Part shown: in pieces, positions 20,742-30,447 of the stretch | How the letters are laid out: each line of letters opens with the position of its first letter | Position numbering within the stretch: the first letter of the stretch is position 1 | From: an uncultured Anaerolineaceae bacterium | GTDB taxonomy: Bacteria; Chloroflexota; Anaerolineae; Anaerolineales; UBA4823 | NCBI GenBank assembly: GCA_964547225.1 | Contig: CAZJMV010000113.1 | Span: 77,220-141,219 of the forward strand | DNA length: 64,000 bases | Reading direction: 5' to 3' | Translations under genes and position numbers: made by a program | The notes under the pieces: model-generated | Databases searched by the model: none | What the model was told of the DNA's origin: nothing | What the model saw: the letters and a program-made list of their open reading frames with translations, nothing else

Positions 20742-22211
20742 TTAATCTTTTGTAATCAAATCTTGATCATCGTTTTTGTTAGATCCTTCGATGATCTCAG
20801 TAGTTGATGGGCTTTCATCGTTCTCTTCGGAAACAGTTTCGTCAATTGTCTCTGATTGGATCCCTTTTGCGCTGTTTCTAAAAAATTCCATTGCATCATT
20901 GGCAAGCATATCAGCCATGAATTTCGTTGATATATTTTGTTTTAACCCACCATGGTTAATCTTGCGTGATTCATTTTTGGAAAGTGAATTCGTGAAATAA
21001 TCATAGGTTATTGAAGTCTGTTGGTCGAGTACTTTTTCATCGACTTCTAAACCTTCTGCTTTTGCTAATTCATAGAGAAATAGGGATTTTTTTAATTGAA
21101 ATTCTGCATCGGGGGTGATTTCTTTCCTAAATGCGTCTTTGTCAAGGTTTCGTGTTTTTAAATATAGATCAAAATCTAAGTTTTTATTATTTAGATGATA
21201 TTCATAATTTGAGATAATTTTATCGATCTCTTCTTCAAGCATTTGTGGGGGATAATTAAATTCGGATTGAGAGATCGCTTCTTCGATGATTTCTCGATCA
21301 TATTCCTGATCATATTTTTGTTTAGATTGTGTTTCACTGTTTACACGAATTCTTTCTCGTAAAGCATCATAATCTTCAAAATCGCCAAGTGTCGAGAGAA
21401 ATTCCTGATCTAATTCTGGAAGTGTTTTCTTTTTAATATTCTCAATAATAATGGTGAATTTAATATGCTTACCACTGTATTTATCATCGACTTTATCTTC
21501 GGGGTAATCAAACTCAAAAACAAGTTCATCACCGGCTTCTGAACCAATTAATTTCTCAGAAAAACCTGGAAATGGATATTCAATTTGATCTAGGTCGTTT
21601 CCTTCATTTTTATCTTCTGTTATCGATTGTACTAAAATTTGTGTTGTTTTTTCGTCGATTTTTATGTAGATAGATTCACCATTATCATTTTCCTGCAATT
21701 CTTCTGCTAGTATCTTCGCAGTAACGATGTTTCCTAATTCTACAGGTCGATCAACAGGTTCAACGATAGCATGTTCCTCCTGTAAATTTGTGATGACAAC
21801 ATCGATATCTTCATCGCTGATTTGAGGAGGTTGATATTCATTTCTAATTGATTTATAATCACCAAGTGTTACTTCAACGTCTAAGGGGATGAGAAATTCA
21901 AGAGCGACTGGATCAAGGCTTAATATATTTTCCAGTTGCCCCATGCCATATGGTTTAATATCTGCTTCTTTAATGATATCTGGGTAAACTTCTTTGATAA
22001 GTATTTCCATCGCTTCGTCCATGATGGCTGGTTCACCGACTTGTCGAGCAATAACCGAATAGGGAGCTTTACCTGGACGAAATCCTGGTATTTTTATCGA
22101 ACGAGCAATTTTTTTAGCTGCCCGATGTTTCATTTCATCCATTTTTTCTTCTTCAATTTCAACTGTCAGTTTTGCTTGATGGTCATCAAGTAGTTGTTTA
22201 TCGATTTTCAA
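20742..22211 (-). CDS. tig: Trigger factor
   Basis: IPGFRPGKAP signature; TTG start; upstream of clpP. Confidence 0.93.
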   Translation of the reverse strand: MKIDKQLLDDHQAKLTVEIEEEKMDEMKHRAAKKIARSIKIPGFRPGKAPYSVIARQVGEPAIMDEAMEILIKEVYPDIIKEADIKPYGMGQLENILSLDPVALEFLIPLDVEVTLGDYKSIRNEYQPPQISDEDIDVVITNLQEEHAIVEPVDRPVELGNIVTAKILAEELQENDNGESIYIKIDEKTTQILVQSITEDKNEGNDLDQIEYPFPGFSEKLIGSEAGDELVFEFDYPEDKVDDKYSGKHIKFTIIIENIKKKTLPELDQEFLSTLGDFEDYDALRERIRVNSETQSKQKYDQEYDREIIEEAISQSEFNYPPQMLEEEIDKIISNYEYHLNNKNLDFDLYLKTRNLDKDAFRKEITPDAEFQLKKSLFLYELAKAEGLEVDEKVLDQQTSITYDYFTNSLSKNESRKINHGGLKQNISTKFMADMLANDAMEFFRNSAKGIQSETIDETVSEENDESPSTTEIIEGSNKNDDQDLITKD

Positions 22212-22328
22212 GATGGTTACCTTTTCTAATATAAATTTTTGAGGATGATTTGAGATCGAATTATAACATGTGAAAAATTCTGTTATGTAAGATTATTATA
22301 TGAAATCATAAATCGCTTACAAATAAAA

Positions 22329-22351
22329 ATGCCTGTTAAGAAAACGGGCAT
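22329..22351 (-). terminator. Terminator after tRNA-Leu
   Basis: Minus strand ATGCCCGTT-TTCTT-AACAGGCAT followed by TTTTATTT. Confidence 0.65.
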
Positions 22352-22363
22352 CTTAATATCAAG

Positions 22364-22445
<82 letters not shown>

Positions 22446-22469
22446 GAGGAATTTAAAATTCTTGCGCAA

Positions 22470-22498
22470 ATTATACGTCATAGTGGCTTACTCGTCAA
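22470..22498 (-). promoter_or_regulatory. Sigma70-type promoter of tRNA-Leu
   Basis: TTGACG-N17-TATAAT followed by GC-rich TTGCGC. Confidence 0.8.
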
Positions 22499-22552
22499 TA
22501 AATCAGATATAATCTTGCACTGAAAAATATTGATCAGTTAGGAGAAATTGAT

Positions 22553-22975
22553 TTGGGAAGAGTTATTAATACAGAAAATATTGGGAAACAAAGAAAACAA
22601 ATCACTCGTAGTATTGTGTTAGCGATTCGTGAACTAATGATACAAACCGGAATCACAGACGAAGTAAAAGACCTCTCAGCGTATATAGTGATTGGATTGG
22701 AGACAATTGCAGACTCAATCGATGCGACGGTTGAACCTTGGGAGAAAAGGGGCTATTGGTTGAAAGCAGACAAGTTCCGTTTACAATGGGAGTGGACACG
22801 CAAAATTTCTCAAAATATGAGTGTAGCAATTCTTTCGGATAATTGGGCAGATGTGGCGATCAATGTTGCTAATTTGACTGAAAAATTGAATGATATTGAT
22901 TTACCTAAAAGGCATAATTTGGGAACGCCTTGGAAAGGAGCTTATAAAGAATTTCACAAAAGGAATTTAAAATAA
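22553..22975 (+). CDS. Hypothetical protein
   Basis: AGGAG SD, TTG start, 140-aa ORF. Confidence 0.75.
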   Translation: MGRVINTENIGKQRKQITRSIVLAIRELMIQTGITDEVKDLSAYIVIGLETIADSIDATVEPWEKRGYWLKADKFRLQWEWTRKISQNMSVAILSDNWADVAINVANLTEKLNDIDLPKRHNLGTPWKGAYKEFHKRNLK

Positions 22976-24109
22976 TTTTTGTTGATAGATAGGACGTTTC
23001 CCGTTTAGCATAATATAGGGAAGTGGCTTTGTAGTTTTGATCCCAATTTTGTATAAATCTTGAATTGATTGAAATCTGATTGTCCTTCGATGTATTAGAA
23101 TCGATTGAACCGCTTTTTGACCGATTCCAGGAACACGTAATAATTCTTCTTTTTGTGCGGTGTTTATTTCAATTGGATTATTTTGAAGATGGGAATTAGC
23201 CCAATACATCTTAGGATCTAACTCTGTATCTAAATTCCCTTTATTATCAAAATGCAGGTCTGTTATATCGAAACCATAATCTCTGATTAAGAATGAAGCT
23301 TGATATAAGCGATATTTCCGAGATCTTGGTACAGGTGGATGGTTTTCAAAAGGTGTATCTGGTATTGGAGTAAAAATGGAGAAATAGGCGCGACTGATCT
23401 TAAAGTCAGTGTGTAATTGTGCTGTTGTTTTTAGAACATCGATGTCGGAATCTTTAACTGCACCGACGACAAATTGCGTTACTAAAGATGGTTGCTTTTT
23501 GTTCCTGTAATTGGTTATTGGTCTTTCATTCCTAATCTGATTTACCCATTGTAGTGGGGGAATTAGCTCATTGCTGAAACTCTTTTCTGGTGCGAGGAGT
23601 CTTAGATAATTCGCATTTGGTGCTTCTAGATTTATGGATACTCTATCAGCTAGTTCCATGATACGCTCAACTTGTGCTTTTTCACAACCGGGAAGTATCT
23701 TGAGGTGAAGATAACCTCTAAATTGATATTTATTTCTTAGTAAATCTGCACAATCGATCAATCTGTCCATTGATCTAATTCCTCCACCAGCGATACCAGA
23801 GCTAAGAAACAATCCTTTTACCACTCCAGAACGATGAAGAGCAATAAATGTTTTTGCCATTTCTTCTGATGTCAGTGTGGTTCTGTGATAGTTGCGATTG
23901 GAGTGAAAAGGGCAGTAATTACAATTCTTTTCGCATACCGAAGTAATCATGGTTTTTAGAAGGCTGATCTGTTTTCCATTAGGCAGTTGCGCATTTGTGA
24001 TCGAGACCGCGTTCATTTGTTTCTGATCTAATTTTGTATTTAGATCTCCTGATGGTTCTAAATCCATGAAACCAGATAATAGTGACAATGAATGCATTTG
24101 ATGATCCAT
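22967..24109 (-). CDS. Putative DNA modification/repair radical SAM protein with C-terminal HhH (TIGR03916-like)
   Basis: CEKNCNYC, GLFLSSG, YLHLKILPG, RLYQASFLIRDYGF, LLRVPGIG. Confidence 0.88.
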   Translation of the reverse strand: MDHQMHSLSLLSGFMDLEPSGDLNTKLDQKQMNAVSITNAQLPNGKQISLLKTMITSVCEKNCNYCPFHSNRNYHRTTLTSEEMAKTFIALHRSGVVKGLFLSSGIAGGGIRSMDRLIDCADLLRNKYQFRGYLHLKILPGCEKAQVERIMELADRVSINLEAPNANYLRLLAPEKSFSNELIPPLQWVNQIRNERPITNYRNKKQPSLVTQFVVGAVKDSDIDVLKTTAQLHTDFKISRAYFSIFTPIPDTPFENHPPVPRSRKYRLYQASFLIRDYGFDITDLHFDNKGNLDTELDPKMYWANSHLQNNPIEINTAQKEELLRVPGIGQKAVQSILIHRRTIRFQSIQDLYKIGIKTTKPLPYIMLNGKRPIYQQKLF

Positions 24110-24119
24110 AGATATATAA

Positions 24120-24148
24120 ATTATAGAACAATTGTTTTATTTAGTCAA
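24120..24148 (-). promoter_or_regulatory. Sigma70 promoter of the radical SAM gene with embedded LexA (GAAC-N4-GTTY) box
   Basis: Minus strand TTGACT-N17-TATAAT; AGAAC-AATT-GTTTT at 24125-24138 lies in the spacer, abutting the -10. Confidence 0.75.
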
Positions 24149-24319
24149 TAGATATATGACTTTTTTTCTATCGCATATTGAATCAAGAAAAATTTTGACA
24201 ATGCTTAATCGCAGTAGGGGATTGATTTTTGTAATTAATATTATCGCGCGTTATTATCTTTTAAATCGAATTGTGGGTAATAAAAAAACTATTTGTTATT
24301 TGAATGGCTGTAGAGACTA

Positions 24320-24348
24320 TTGACAGGTAAGGAGTTAGGGTATAAAAT
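24320..24348 (+). promoter_or_regulatory. Sigma70 promoter of the tyrosine recombinase
   Basis: TTGACA-N17-TAAAAT; ATG follows 5 nt later. Confidence 0.8.
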
Positions 24349-24353
24349 AATTT

Positions 24354-25373
24354 ATGCTTTCGATAAGTATCATTATCGCAAGCATGGAAACTACCATGAT
24401 AAGCATATCTCAAGCTATTAAAGAATATTTGGAAAGCGTCAAATTAGCTCGCAGTCAAAATACAGCAAGGAGCTATCGCATTGCAATGAATGCATTTTCT
24501 ACTGTATTAGCAGAAAATGGTTATCCATTAGAAACTGATGCAATCCATGATCTTACTGAAGATGCAGTAACTTGGTTCGCTAATTTTCTAAAAAATTATT
24601 CGCCTGCCACAGAACAATTATATCTGACTGCTGTGTCTGGTTTTTATGAGTATTTAGCGGCTGAAAAATTGGCTGACCCTAATTTACCACGCGTTCGTCT
24701 GTTATTGCGAAAACGTGCTCGTAAACCCGGTCAGCGGTTACCTCAATTCCCTAGAGAAAAAATTGAAGAAGTGATTGAATACGCAATAAAACTTGATACT
24801 TTTACTTGCGAAGATCAAAACGAGCATCTCAGATTTCTTAGAGATAAAGCTTTCATTCTAACTTTAGCGGATACAGGTCTAAGAGTACATGAAGCTGTTG
24901 AGTTACGAAGAGGGGATATCGATTGGAATGAAGGAAGAGCAATAGTGATTGGAAAGGGAAACCGTCAAGCAATTGTTCGGTTTTCTAATCGATCCTTGAA
25001 AGCATTGAGATCCTATCTGAATACCAGAAAAGAGCTAGACGGTAAAACAGGAAAGCCGTTAGCATCCTTGCCTGTTTTTGCGAGACATGATCGAGGCGCC
25101 GGAAAGAAAATTAAAAACATAACTACCACTACTGGTCGTAATATCATTTCACAGCGTGTTAAAGAAGGGATTGGTTCTCAAGTCGCGGAAGAGATCACTC
25201 CTCATTCTTTTCGTCATTACTTTGTCACTACAATACTACACGCAACTCAAGGAAATATTAAACTTGCCCAGGAACTTGCTAGGCATAAGAATATTGCTAT
25301 TACGCAACGTTATGCTCACTTATCCGATGATGAATTAGATCGAGGTTATTGGGAAATTTTTGATCAGAATTAG
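24354..25373 (+). CDS. Tyrosine recombinase, XerC/XerD-like
   Basis: DTGLRVHE (R), GKGNR (K), HSFRH, LARH, TQRYAH (Y). Confidence 0.9.
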   Translation: MLSISIIIASMETTMISISQAIKEYLESVKLARSQNTARSYRIAMNAFSTVLAENGYPLETDAIHDLTEDAVTWFANFLKNYSPATEQLYLTAVSGFYEYLAAEKLADPNLPRVRLLLRKRARKPGQRLPQFPREKIEEVIEYAIKLDTFTCEDQNEHLRFLRDKAFILTLADTGLRVHEAVELRRGDIDWNEGRAIVIGKGNRQAIVRFSNRSLKALRSYLNTRKELDGKTGKPLASLPVFARHDRGAGKKIKNITTTTGRNIISQRVKEGIGSQVAEEITPHSFRHYFVTTILHATQGNIKLAQELARHKNIAITQRYAHLSDDELDRGYWEIFDQN

Positions 25374-25509
25374 AAATAACTAGAAGATATTCATTTATAA
25401 TAGGATAATTGTCACTATGTCATTCGAATAGAAAAGACTATTATTTTTTAAAATTTTGTTATTCTTTGCTCGCAGTGTGAGTGGAAATTATCCAAAGAAG
25501 GTTTTAGGA

Positions 25510-27096
25510 ATGGAAGATAAACCAGAATCAATGCAAGAAAATCAATTATCAGAAGACCCGCGCATTGTAGAATTACGAAAGATGCGCATGAAGACATTTC
25601 AAGGTGGTGGTGAAAAAAGGATTGATGTTCAACATCAGAAAGGTAAACTTACAGCCAGAGAGCGCCTAGATATATTATTGGATTTTGGAACATTCAATGA
25701 ATTAGAACCTTATATCACCCATCCTGGTGATGAGATGGGTATTGCATCTGAAAAGTACCTTGGAGACGGTGTAGTAACCGGATATGGACAGATCGAAGGA
25801 CGAACGGTATACGTTTATGCTCAAGACTTCACGATTTATGGTGGTACGCTAAGCGAGATGCAAGCGCATAAAATTTGCCATGTCATGGACTTAGCGATAC
25901 GTAATGGTGTCCCGATTATTGGTTTGATCGACTCTGGTGGCGCCAGGATTCAAGAAGGAGTAAAAAGTTTAGGTGGATATGCAGAGATATTTAGACGCAA
26001 TGCTCAATACTCGGGAGTAATCCCTCAAATCAGTGTTATGTTAGGTCCATGTGCTGGTGGTGCAGCCTATTCACCTGCTTTGACGGATATTATCATTATG
26101 GTTAAAGACCATTCCTTCATGTTTTTAACCGGACCTGCGGTTATCCAAGGAATCACAGGAGAGACTATTGATGCTGAAACCTTGGGTGGCGCTCATGTTC
26201 ATTCAGCTCTTTCAGGTACAGCTCATTTGGTTTCTGATACTGAACAAGAAGCATTAAAAATCACTAGAAAGATATTAAGTTATTTTCCTTCAAATAACGT
26301 AGAAAATCCTCCCTATATATCACCAGATGATGATCCGCTTCGTATGGACCCGGAATTGAACACGATTGTACCCATAGAACCATATAATCCTTATAGTATG
26401 CATGAAGTGATTAGCCATGTTGTGGATGTCGATTCATTCGTTGAAATTCTTCCTGATTGGGCATGTAATGCTATTGTTGGATTAGCTCGCATGGGTGGTC
26501 ATAGTGTAGGTATCATAGCTCAGGAACCAAGTGTCATGGCTGGTGTAATAGATATTAATGCAGCCGATAAAATAGCACGATTTGTTCGTATGTGTGATTG
26601 TTTCAATATACCTTTGGTGACATTTGTTGATTCCCCCGGATTCTTACCTGGAAAGCTGCAAGAACATAATGGGATCATCCGTCATGGAGCAAAAGTTCTC
26701 TATGCATTTTCCGAAGCTACTGTGCCAAAGATTACAGTAGTGACACGAAAAGCATATGGTGGTGCATACGTGGTCATGAGTAGTAAATATCTCGGAACAG
26801 ATGTTACCTATGCCTGGCCAAGTGCTGAAATTGCTGTGATGGGAGCAGAGGGAGCAGTAGATATTTTATATAAGCGTCAAATTGAATCTGCTGAAAATTC
26901 GGAGGAAGAACGAGAAAAACTTATTTCGGAATATCGAGAAAAGTTTAACAATCCATATTTTGCAGCTCGAGCAGGTTATGTAGACGATATTATTGAACCG
27001 CGGGAAACAAGACCAAAAATCATTGCTTCTTTGGCAGCTCTACGAGATAAATATACATCCGCCCCACCCAGAAAACATGGAAATATCCCGGTATAA
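25510..27096 (+). CDS. mmdA: Acyl-CoA carboxyltransferase / methylmalonyl-CoA decarboxylase alpha subunit
   Basis: GKLTARERL, DSGGARIQEG, GPCAGGAAYSPA, RKAYGGAY, KHGNIP. Confidence 0.9.
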   Translation: MEDKPESMQENQLSEDPRIVELRKMRMKTFQGGGEKRIDVQHQKGKLTARERLDILLDFGTFNELEPYITHPGDEMGIASEKYLGDGVVTGYGQIEGRTVYVYAQDFTIYGGTLSEMQAHKICHVMDLAIRNGVPIIGLIDSGGARIQEGVKSLGGYAEIFRRNAQYSGVIPQISVMLGPCAGGAAYSPALTDIIIMVKDHSFMFLTGPAVIQGITGETIDAETLGGAHVHSALSGTAHLVSDTEQEALKITRKILSYFPSNNVENPPYISPDDDPLRMDPELNTIVPIEPYNPYSMHEVISHVVDVDSFVEILPDWACNAIVGLARMGGHSVGIIAQEPSVMAGVIDINAADKIARFVRMCDCFNIPLVTFVDSPGFLPGKLQEHNGIIRHGAKVLYAFSEATVPKITVVTRKAYGGAYVVMSSKYLGTDVTYAWPSAEIAVMGAEGAVDILYKRQIESAENSEEEREKLISEYREKFNNPYFAARAGYVDDIIEPRETRPKIIASLAALRDKYTSAPPRKHGNIPV

Positions 27097-27111
27097 AGGT
27101 GGATTATTATT

Positions 27112-27438
27112 ATGGAAACGATCAGCATTGCACTTTGGATAACTTTAATGGGTATGGGATTGGTTTTTTTTGCTATCATATTGTTATGGGGTGTTATGGC
27201 AATCCTTGTAAAGATAACCTCAAGCGAAGAGTCAGATATATTTGATATTGAAGAGACTCTTGAAAGTGAAGACTTGAATAGGAAAAGAGCAGCTATTGCT
27301 GCTGTTGTAATTGCTTTAGCTAGACAAGAAAGTTATATTGAGCCGCATGAATTTCCTCTACCTCCTACAGCTATGGTTAGTCCTTGGCAATCGGTTATGC
27401 GAACAAAAATGCTCAATAAGAGAGGACAGGTTCGATGA
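27112..27438 (+). CDS. OadG/MmdD-type membrane subunit of Na+-translocating decarboxylase
   Basis: N-term TM GMGLVFFAIILL, AAIAAVV, SPW motif; position in operon. Confidence 0.8.
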   Translation: METISIALWITLMGMGLVFFAIILLWGVMAILVKITSSEESDIFDIEETLESEDLNRKRAAIAAVVIALARQESYIEPHEFPLPPTAMVSPWQSVMRTKMLNKRGQVR

Positions 27439-27860
27439 AATACACAGTAAGGATAGATGATCGATTTTATAACGTAAGAATTGATGATTTACAAAGCTCT
27501 CCGATCATTGCGAATGTAGATGGTGTCGAAATTGAAGTGTGGACAGAAGATGCTCCAGTTGCGGGGCGAAAAACGATCAAACACCTTGATAAAAAAGTAA
27601 ATGAAACTTCAACGATAAAACAACCTATAATGCAACAAAATGGAGGTAAACGCATAACTGCCCCAATTCCTGGAGTTGTAGTGTCTATTCTAGTTAAAAA
27701 AGAAGATCAGGTAGAGATAGGTCAAGAATTATGCATCATCGAGGCAATGAAAATGCGAAATGCCATTCGTTCACCCAGGTCTGGAAAAATTAAAGATGTG
27801 CATGTTCTACCAGGACAAACTGTCAACCATAATGACGGTCTAATAGAATTCTACGAGTGA
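27435..27860 (+). CDS. mmdC: Biotin carboxyl carrier subunit
   Basis: APIPG, EAMKM biotinylation motif. Confidence 0.93.
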   Translation: MKYTVRIDDRFYNVRIDDLQSSPIIANVDGVEIEVWTEDAPVAGRKTIKHLDKKVNETSTIKQPIMQQNGGKRITAPIPGVVVSILVKKEDQVEIGQELCIIEAMKMRNAIRSPRSGKIKDVHVLPGQTVNHNDGLIEFYE

Positions 27861-27867
27861 GGTTTTG

Positions 27868-28998
27868 ATGGAATTATCCTTACTATTCGAAGAATTGACC
27901 AAAGGATTATTAAATTTTTCATGGGGGAATGCACTTATGATCGTAATTGGTGGTGTCCTAATTGCTCTAGCCATCTTAAAAGAATATGAACCTGTTTTGT
28001 TATTACCGATTGGATTTGGTTGTATCTTGGCGAATATTCCTCTCACAGGAATGACAGATGGTTCGGGATTATTTGGAGTCCTCTATCGCGCAGGTATAAG
28101 TACAGAGTTATTTCCACTACTGATATTTATTGGTGTTGGCGCGATGATCGATTTTAGTCCTTTATTGTCTCAACCTCAGTTGGTGCTTTTGGGAGCTGCT
28201 GGTCAGTTCGGAATATTTGGTACCCTAATTTTAGCAGTTCTAATCGGATTTCCGCTCAACCAAGCTGCTTCGATAGGAGTGATTGGTGCGATTGATGGTC
28301 CGACATCGATTTTTGTCGCCAGTAAGTTGGCTCCTGAATTGATGGCACCCATTGCAGTTGCTGCTTATTCCTATATGAGTCTTGTTCCAATTATTCAACC
28401 ACCGATCATGCGGTTGATGACTACTAAAGCCGAACGAAGGATACGAATGGATTATGCACCTCGCCCTGTTTCAAGACGCGCTAGAATCCTATTCCCGATA
28501 GTTGTGACTCTCGTTGTCGGTATTCTGGTTCCAGATGCAACCCCATTGATCAGTATGTTGATGCTTGGTAATTTACTCCGAGAAAGTGGTGTGGTTGATA
28601 GACTGAATAAAGCTGCGCAGAATGAAATTGCTAATATTGCTACCTTATTTCTGGGGACAACTATTGGATCGACAATGTCAGCGGAAAGCTTTCTCAATAT
28701 TACTACGATGAGTATACTTTTGCTTGGATTGATCGCTTTTGCACTGGATACTGTTGCAGGACTATTTTTCGGCAAAATTATGGCATTTGTAAGCAAAGGA
28801 AAGATTAATCCCCTTCTGGGAGCAGCTGGGATCAGTGCCTTTCCTATGGCAGGACGCTTGGTATCTCAATTAGCACAAGACGAAGATTTTGATAATTATC
28901 TATTGATGCATGCAATGGGAGCAAATACAGCCGGACAACTGGGAAGTGTTATGGCTGGAGGTGTGTTATTAGCAATTGTATCTGGTGTGATTGGATGA
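27868..28998 (+). CDS. mmdB: Na+-translocating decarboxylase beta subunit
   Basis: YEPVLLLPIGFG, IGAIDGPT, AAYSYMSLVPIIQPP, SAFPMAGR, GANTAGQLGS. Confidence 0.93.
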   Translation: MELSLLFEELTKGLLNFSWGNALMIVIGGVLIALAILKEYEPVLLLPIGFGCILANIPLTGMTDGSGLFGVLYRAGISTELFPLLIFIGVGAMIDFSPLLSQPQLVLLGAAGQFGIFGTLILAVLIGFPLNQAASIGVIGAIDGPTSIFVASKLAPELMAPIAVAAYSYMSLVPIIQPPIMRLMTTKAERRIRMDYAPRPVSRRARILFPIVVTLVVGILVPDATPLISMLMLGNLLRESGVVDRLNKAAQNEIANIATLFLGTTIGSTMSAESFLNITTMSILLLGLIAFALDTVAGLFFGKIMAFVSKGKINPLLGAAGISAFPMAGRLVSQLAQDEDFDNYLLMHAMGANTAGQLGSVMAGGVLLAIVSGVIG

Positions 28999-29120
28999 AC
29001 TTTGTTCCCCTGTCTAATAATATTAGGAGCAATCTACTTTATTTAGTGTCAGGTGGCTGATATTAATACTACACGCAAAAAAGGAACTTTTTTTTATAAA
29101 TTTTTATTAAACAATATCTA

Positions 29121-29149
29121 TTGACGCTTAACTTCTTAAGAGATAGACT
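29121..29149 (+). promoter_or_regulatory. Sigma70 promoter of aspC-pckA
   Basis: TTGACG-N17-TAGACT. Confidence 0.65.
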
Positions 29150-29229
29150 CAATTGAAAGCTATGATCCGTAATGTTACTTTACAAAAATTTTGGTTGTAA
29201 AAGTATAGTTGAGGAGATAAATTTATTTC

Positions 29230-30447
29230 ATGAACATTAGTCGCTTAGCGAGATCTGTTGCTACATCCCCTACCCTAGCCTTGAATGAAGAAGCACGGCT
29301 ATTAAAAATGAAGGGGGAACCCGTTCTAAATTTGGGGATTGGGGAACCAAAGAATAAAACACCAATTACTGCGATATTAAGTTCAGCTTCAAAAATTAGT
29401 GGTGGGGATGTCAAATATACACCTCCTGATGGAACACTTTCCTTAAAACAAGCGATCATTCGTTATACGGAGGAAAATTATGATCGTATCGTTGCTCCGG
29501 AAAATATTATCATTTCATCAGGCGCTAAACAATCGCTCTTTAACATCCTTTTTAGTATCATCAACCCTCAAGATGAGGTAATTATTATCGCGCCTTATTG
29601 GGTAAGCTATCCCGAAATGATCAAAATGGTTTATGGAATACCTGTGATCGTGAAGCCAGAAGATGGTTCTTTTACTCCAAGAATATCGGAGATTGAACAG
29701 GCTGTTAGCTCTTATACAAAAGCGATCATCATCAATTCACCAAATAACCCATCGGGTGCTGTATATCCATCCCAATTAATAGGTGAAATCGTTGAACTTT
29801 GCGAGCGAAAAAATTTCTATCTGATAATGGATGATATTTATCATAAGCTTGTTTTTGATGATACAAAAGCTATTCCAGCTTACCAATTTAGTAATAAGGA
29901 TATTGAATCTACTCCGATCATTGTAGTCAATGGTGTCTCGAAACTTTATGGAATGACTGGGTTTAGAATTGGCTGGGTTGTCGCAAATCGGAAACTAGTA
30001 GAAGTGATGAATAATGTTCAGAGTCAAATGACTTCTTGTGCATCCGTTGTTTTACAAGCTGCAGCAGAAGGCGCTTTATTGGGCATGCAAAGTATAGTAG
30101 AAAACTTGCGACTAAAATTTCAAAATAATCGTGATATTATCCTTCAAGAGTTGAGGTCATTTAATGACATAAAAGTCAATAAACCTGATGGAACCTTCTA
30201 TATCTTACCGGATTTCAGAGCTTACTCAGCTGATTCAACGGAACTAGCTAAGTTTCTACTGAGAAGAGCCCTCGTTGTAACTGTGCCGGGAAAAGAATTT
30301 GGAATGGAAGGATATATCCGATTATCTTATGCAGGTGGTATAAAGGAAATCAAGGAAGCAGTCGAACGCATTAAGTGGGCATTGGATCCTCAGTCACCCA
30401 ATGAAATTTATATCGGAGATAGAAAAATAATTAGGGACTGGCTATGA
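29230..30447 (+). CDS. aspC: PLP-dependent class I aminotransferase (aspartate aminotransferase-like)
   Basis: GEP, NSPNNPSG, DDIY, SKLYGMTGFRIG. Confidence 0.88.
   Translation: MNISRLARSVATSPTLALNEEARLLKMKGEPVLNLGIGEPKNKTPITAILSSASKISGGDVKYTPPDGTLSLKQAIIRYTEENYDRIVAPENIIISSGAKQSLFNILFSIINPQDEVIIIAPYWVSYPEMIKMVYGIPVIVKPEDGSFTPRISEIEQAVSSYTKAIIINSPNNPSGAVYPSQLIGEIVELCERKNFYLIMDDIYHKLVFDDTKAIPAYQFSNKDIESTPIIVVNGVSKLYGMTGFRIGWVVANRKLVEVMNNVQSQMTSCASVVLQAAAEGALLGMQSIVENLRLKFQNNRDIILQELRSFNDIKVNKPDGTFYILPDFRAYSADSTELAKFLLRRALVVTVPGKEFGMEGYIRLSYAGGIKEIKEAVERIKWALDPQSPNEIYIGDRKIIRDWL

Noticed and set aside
28995-29060. 21-codon ORF overlapping the mmdB stop as an extra decarboxylase subunit
   Set aside because: Very short, no SD and no recognisable features
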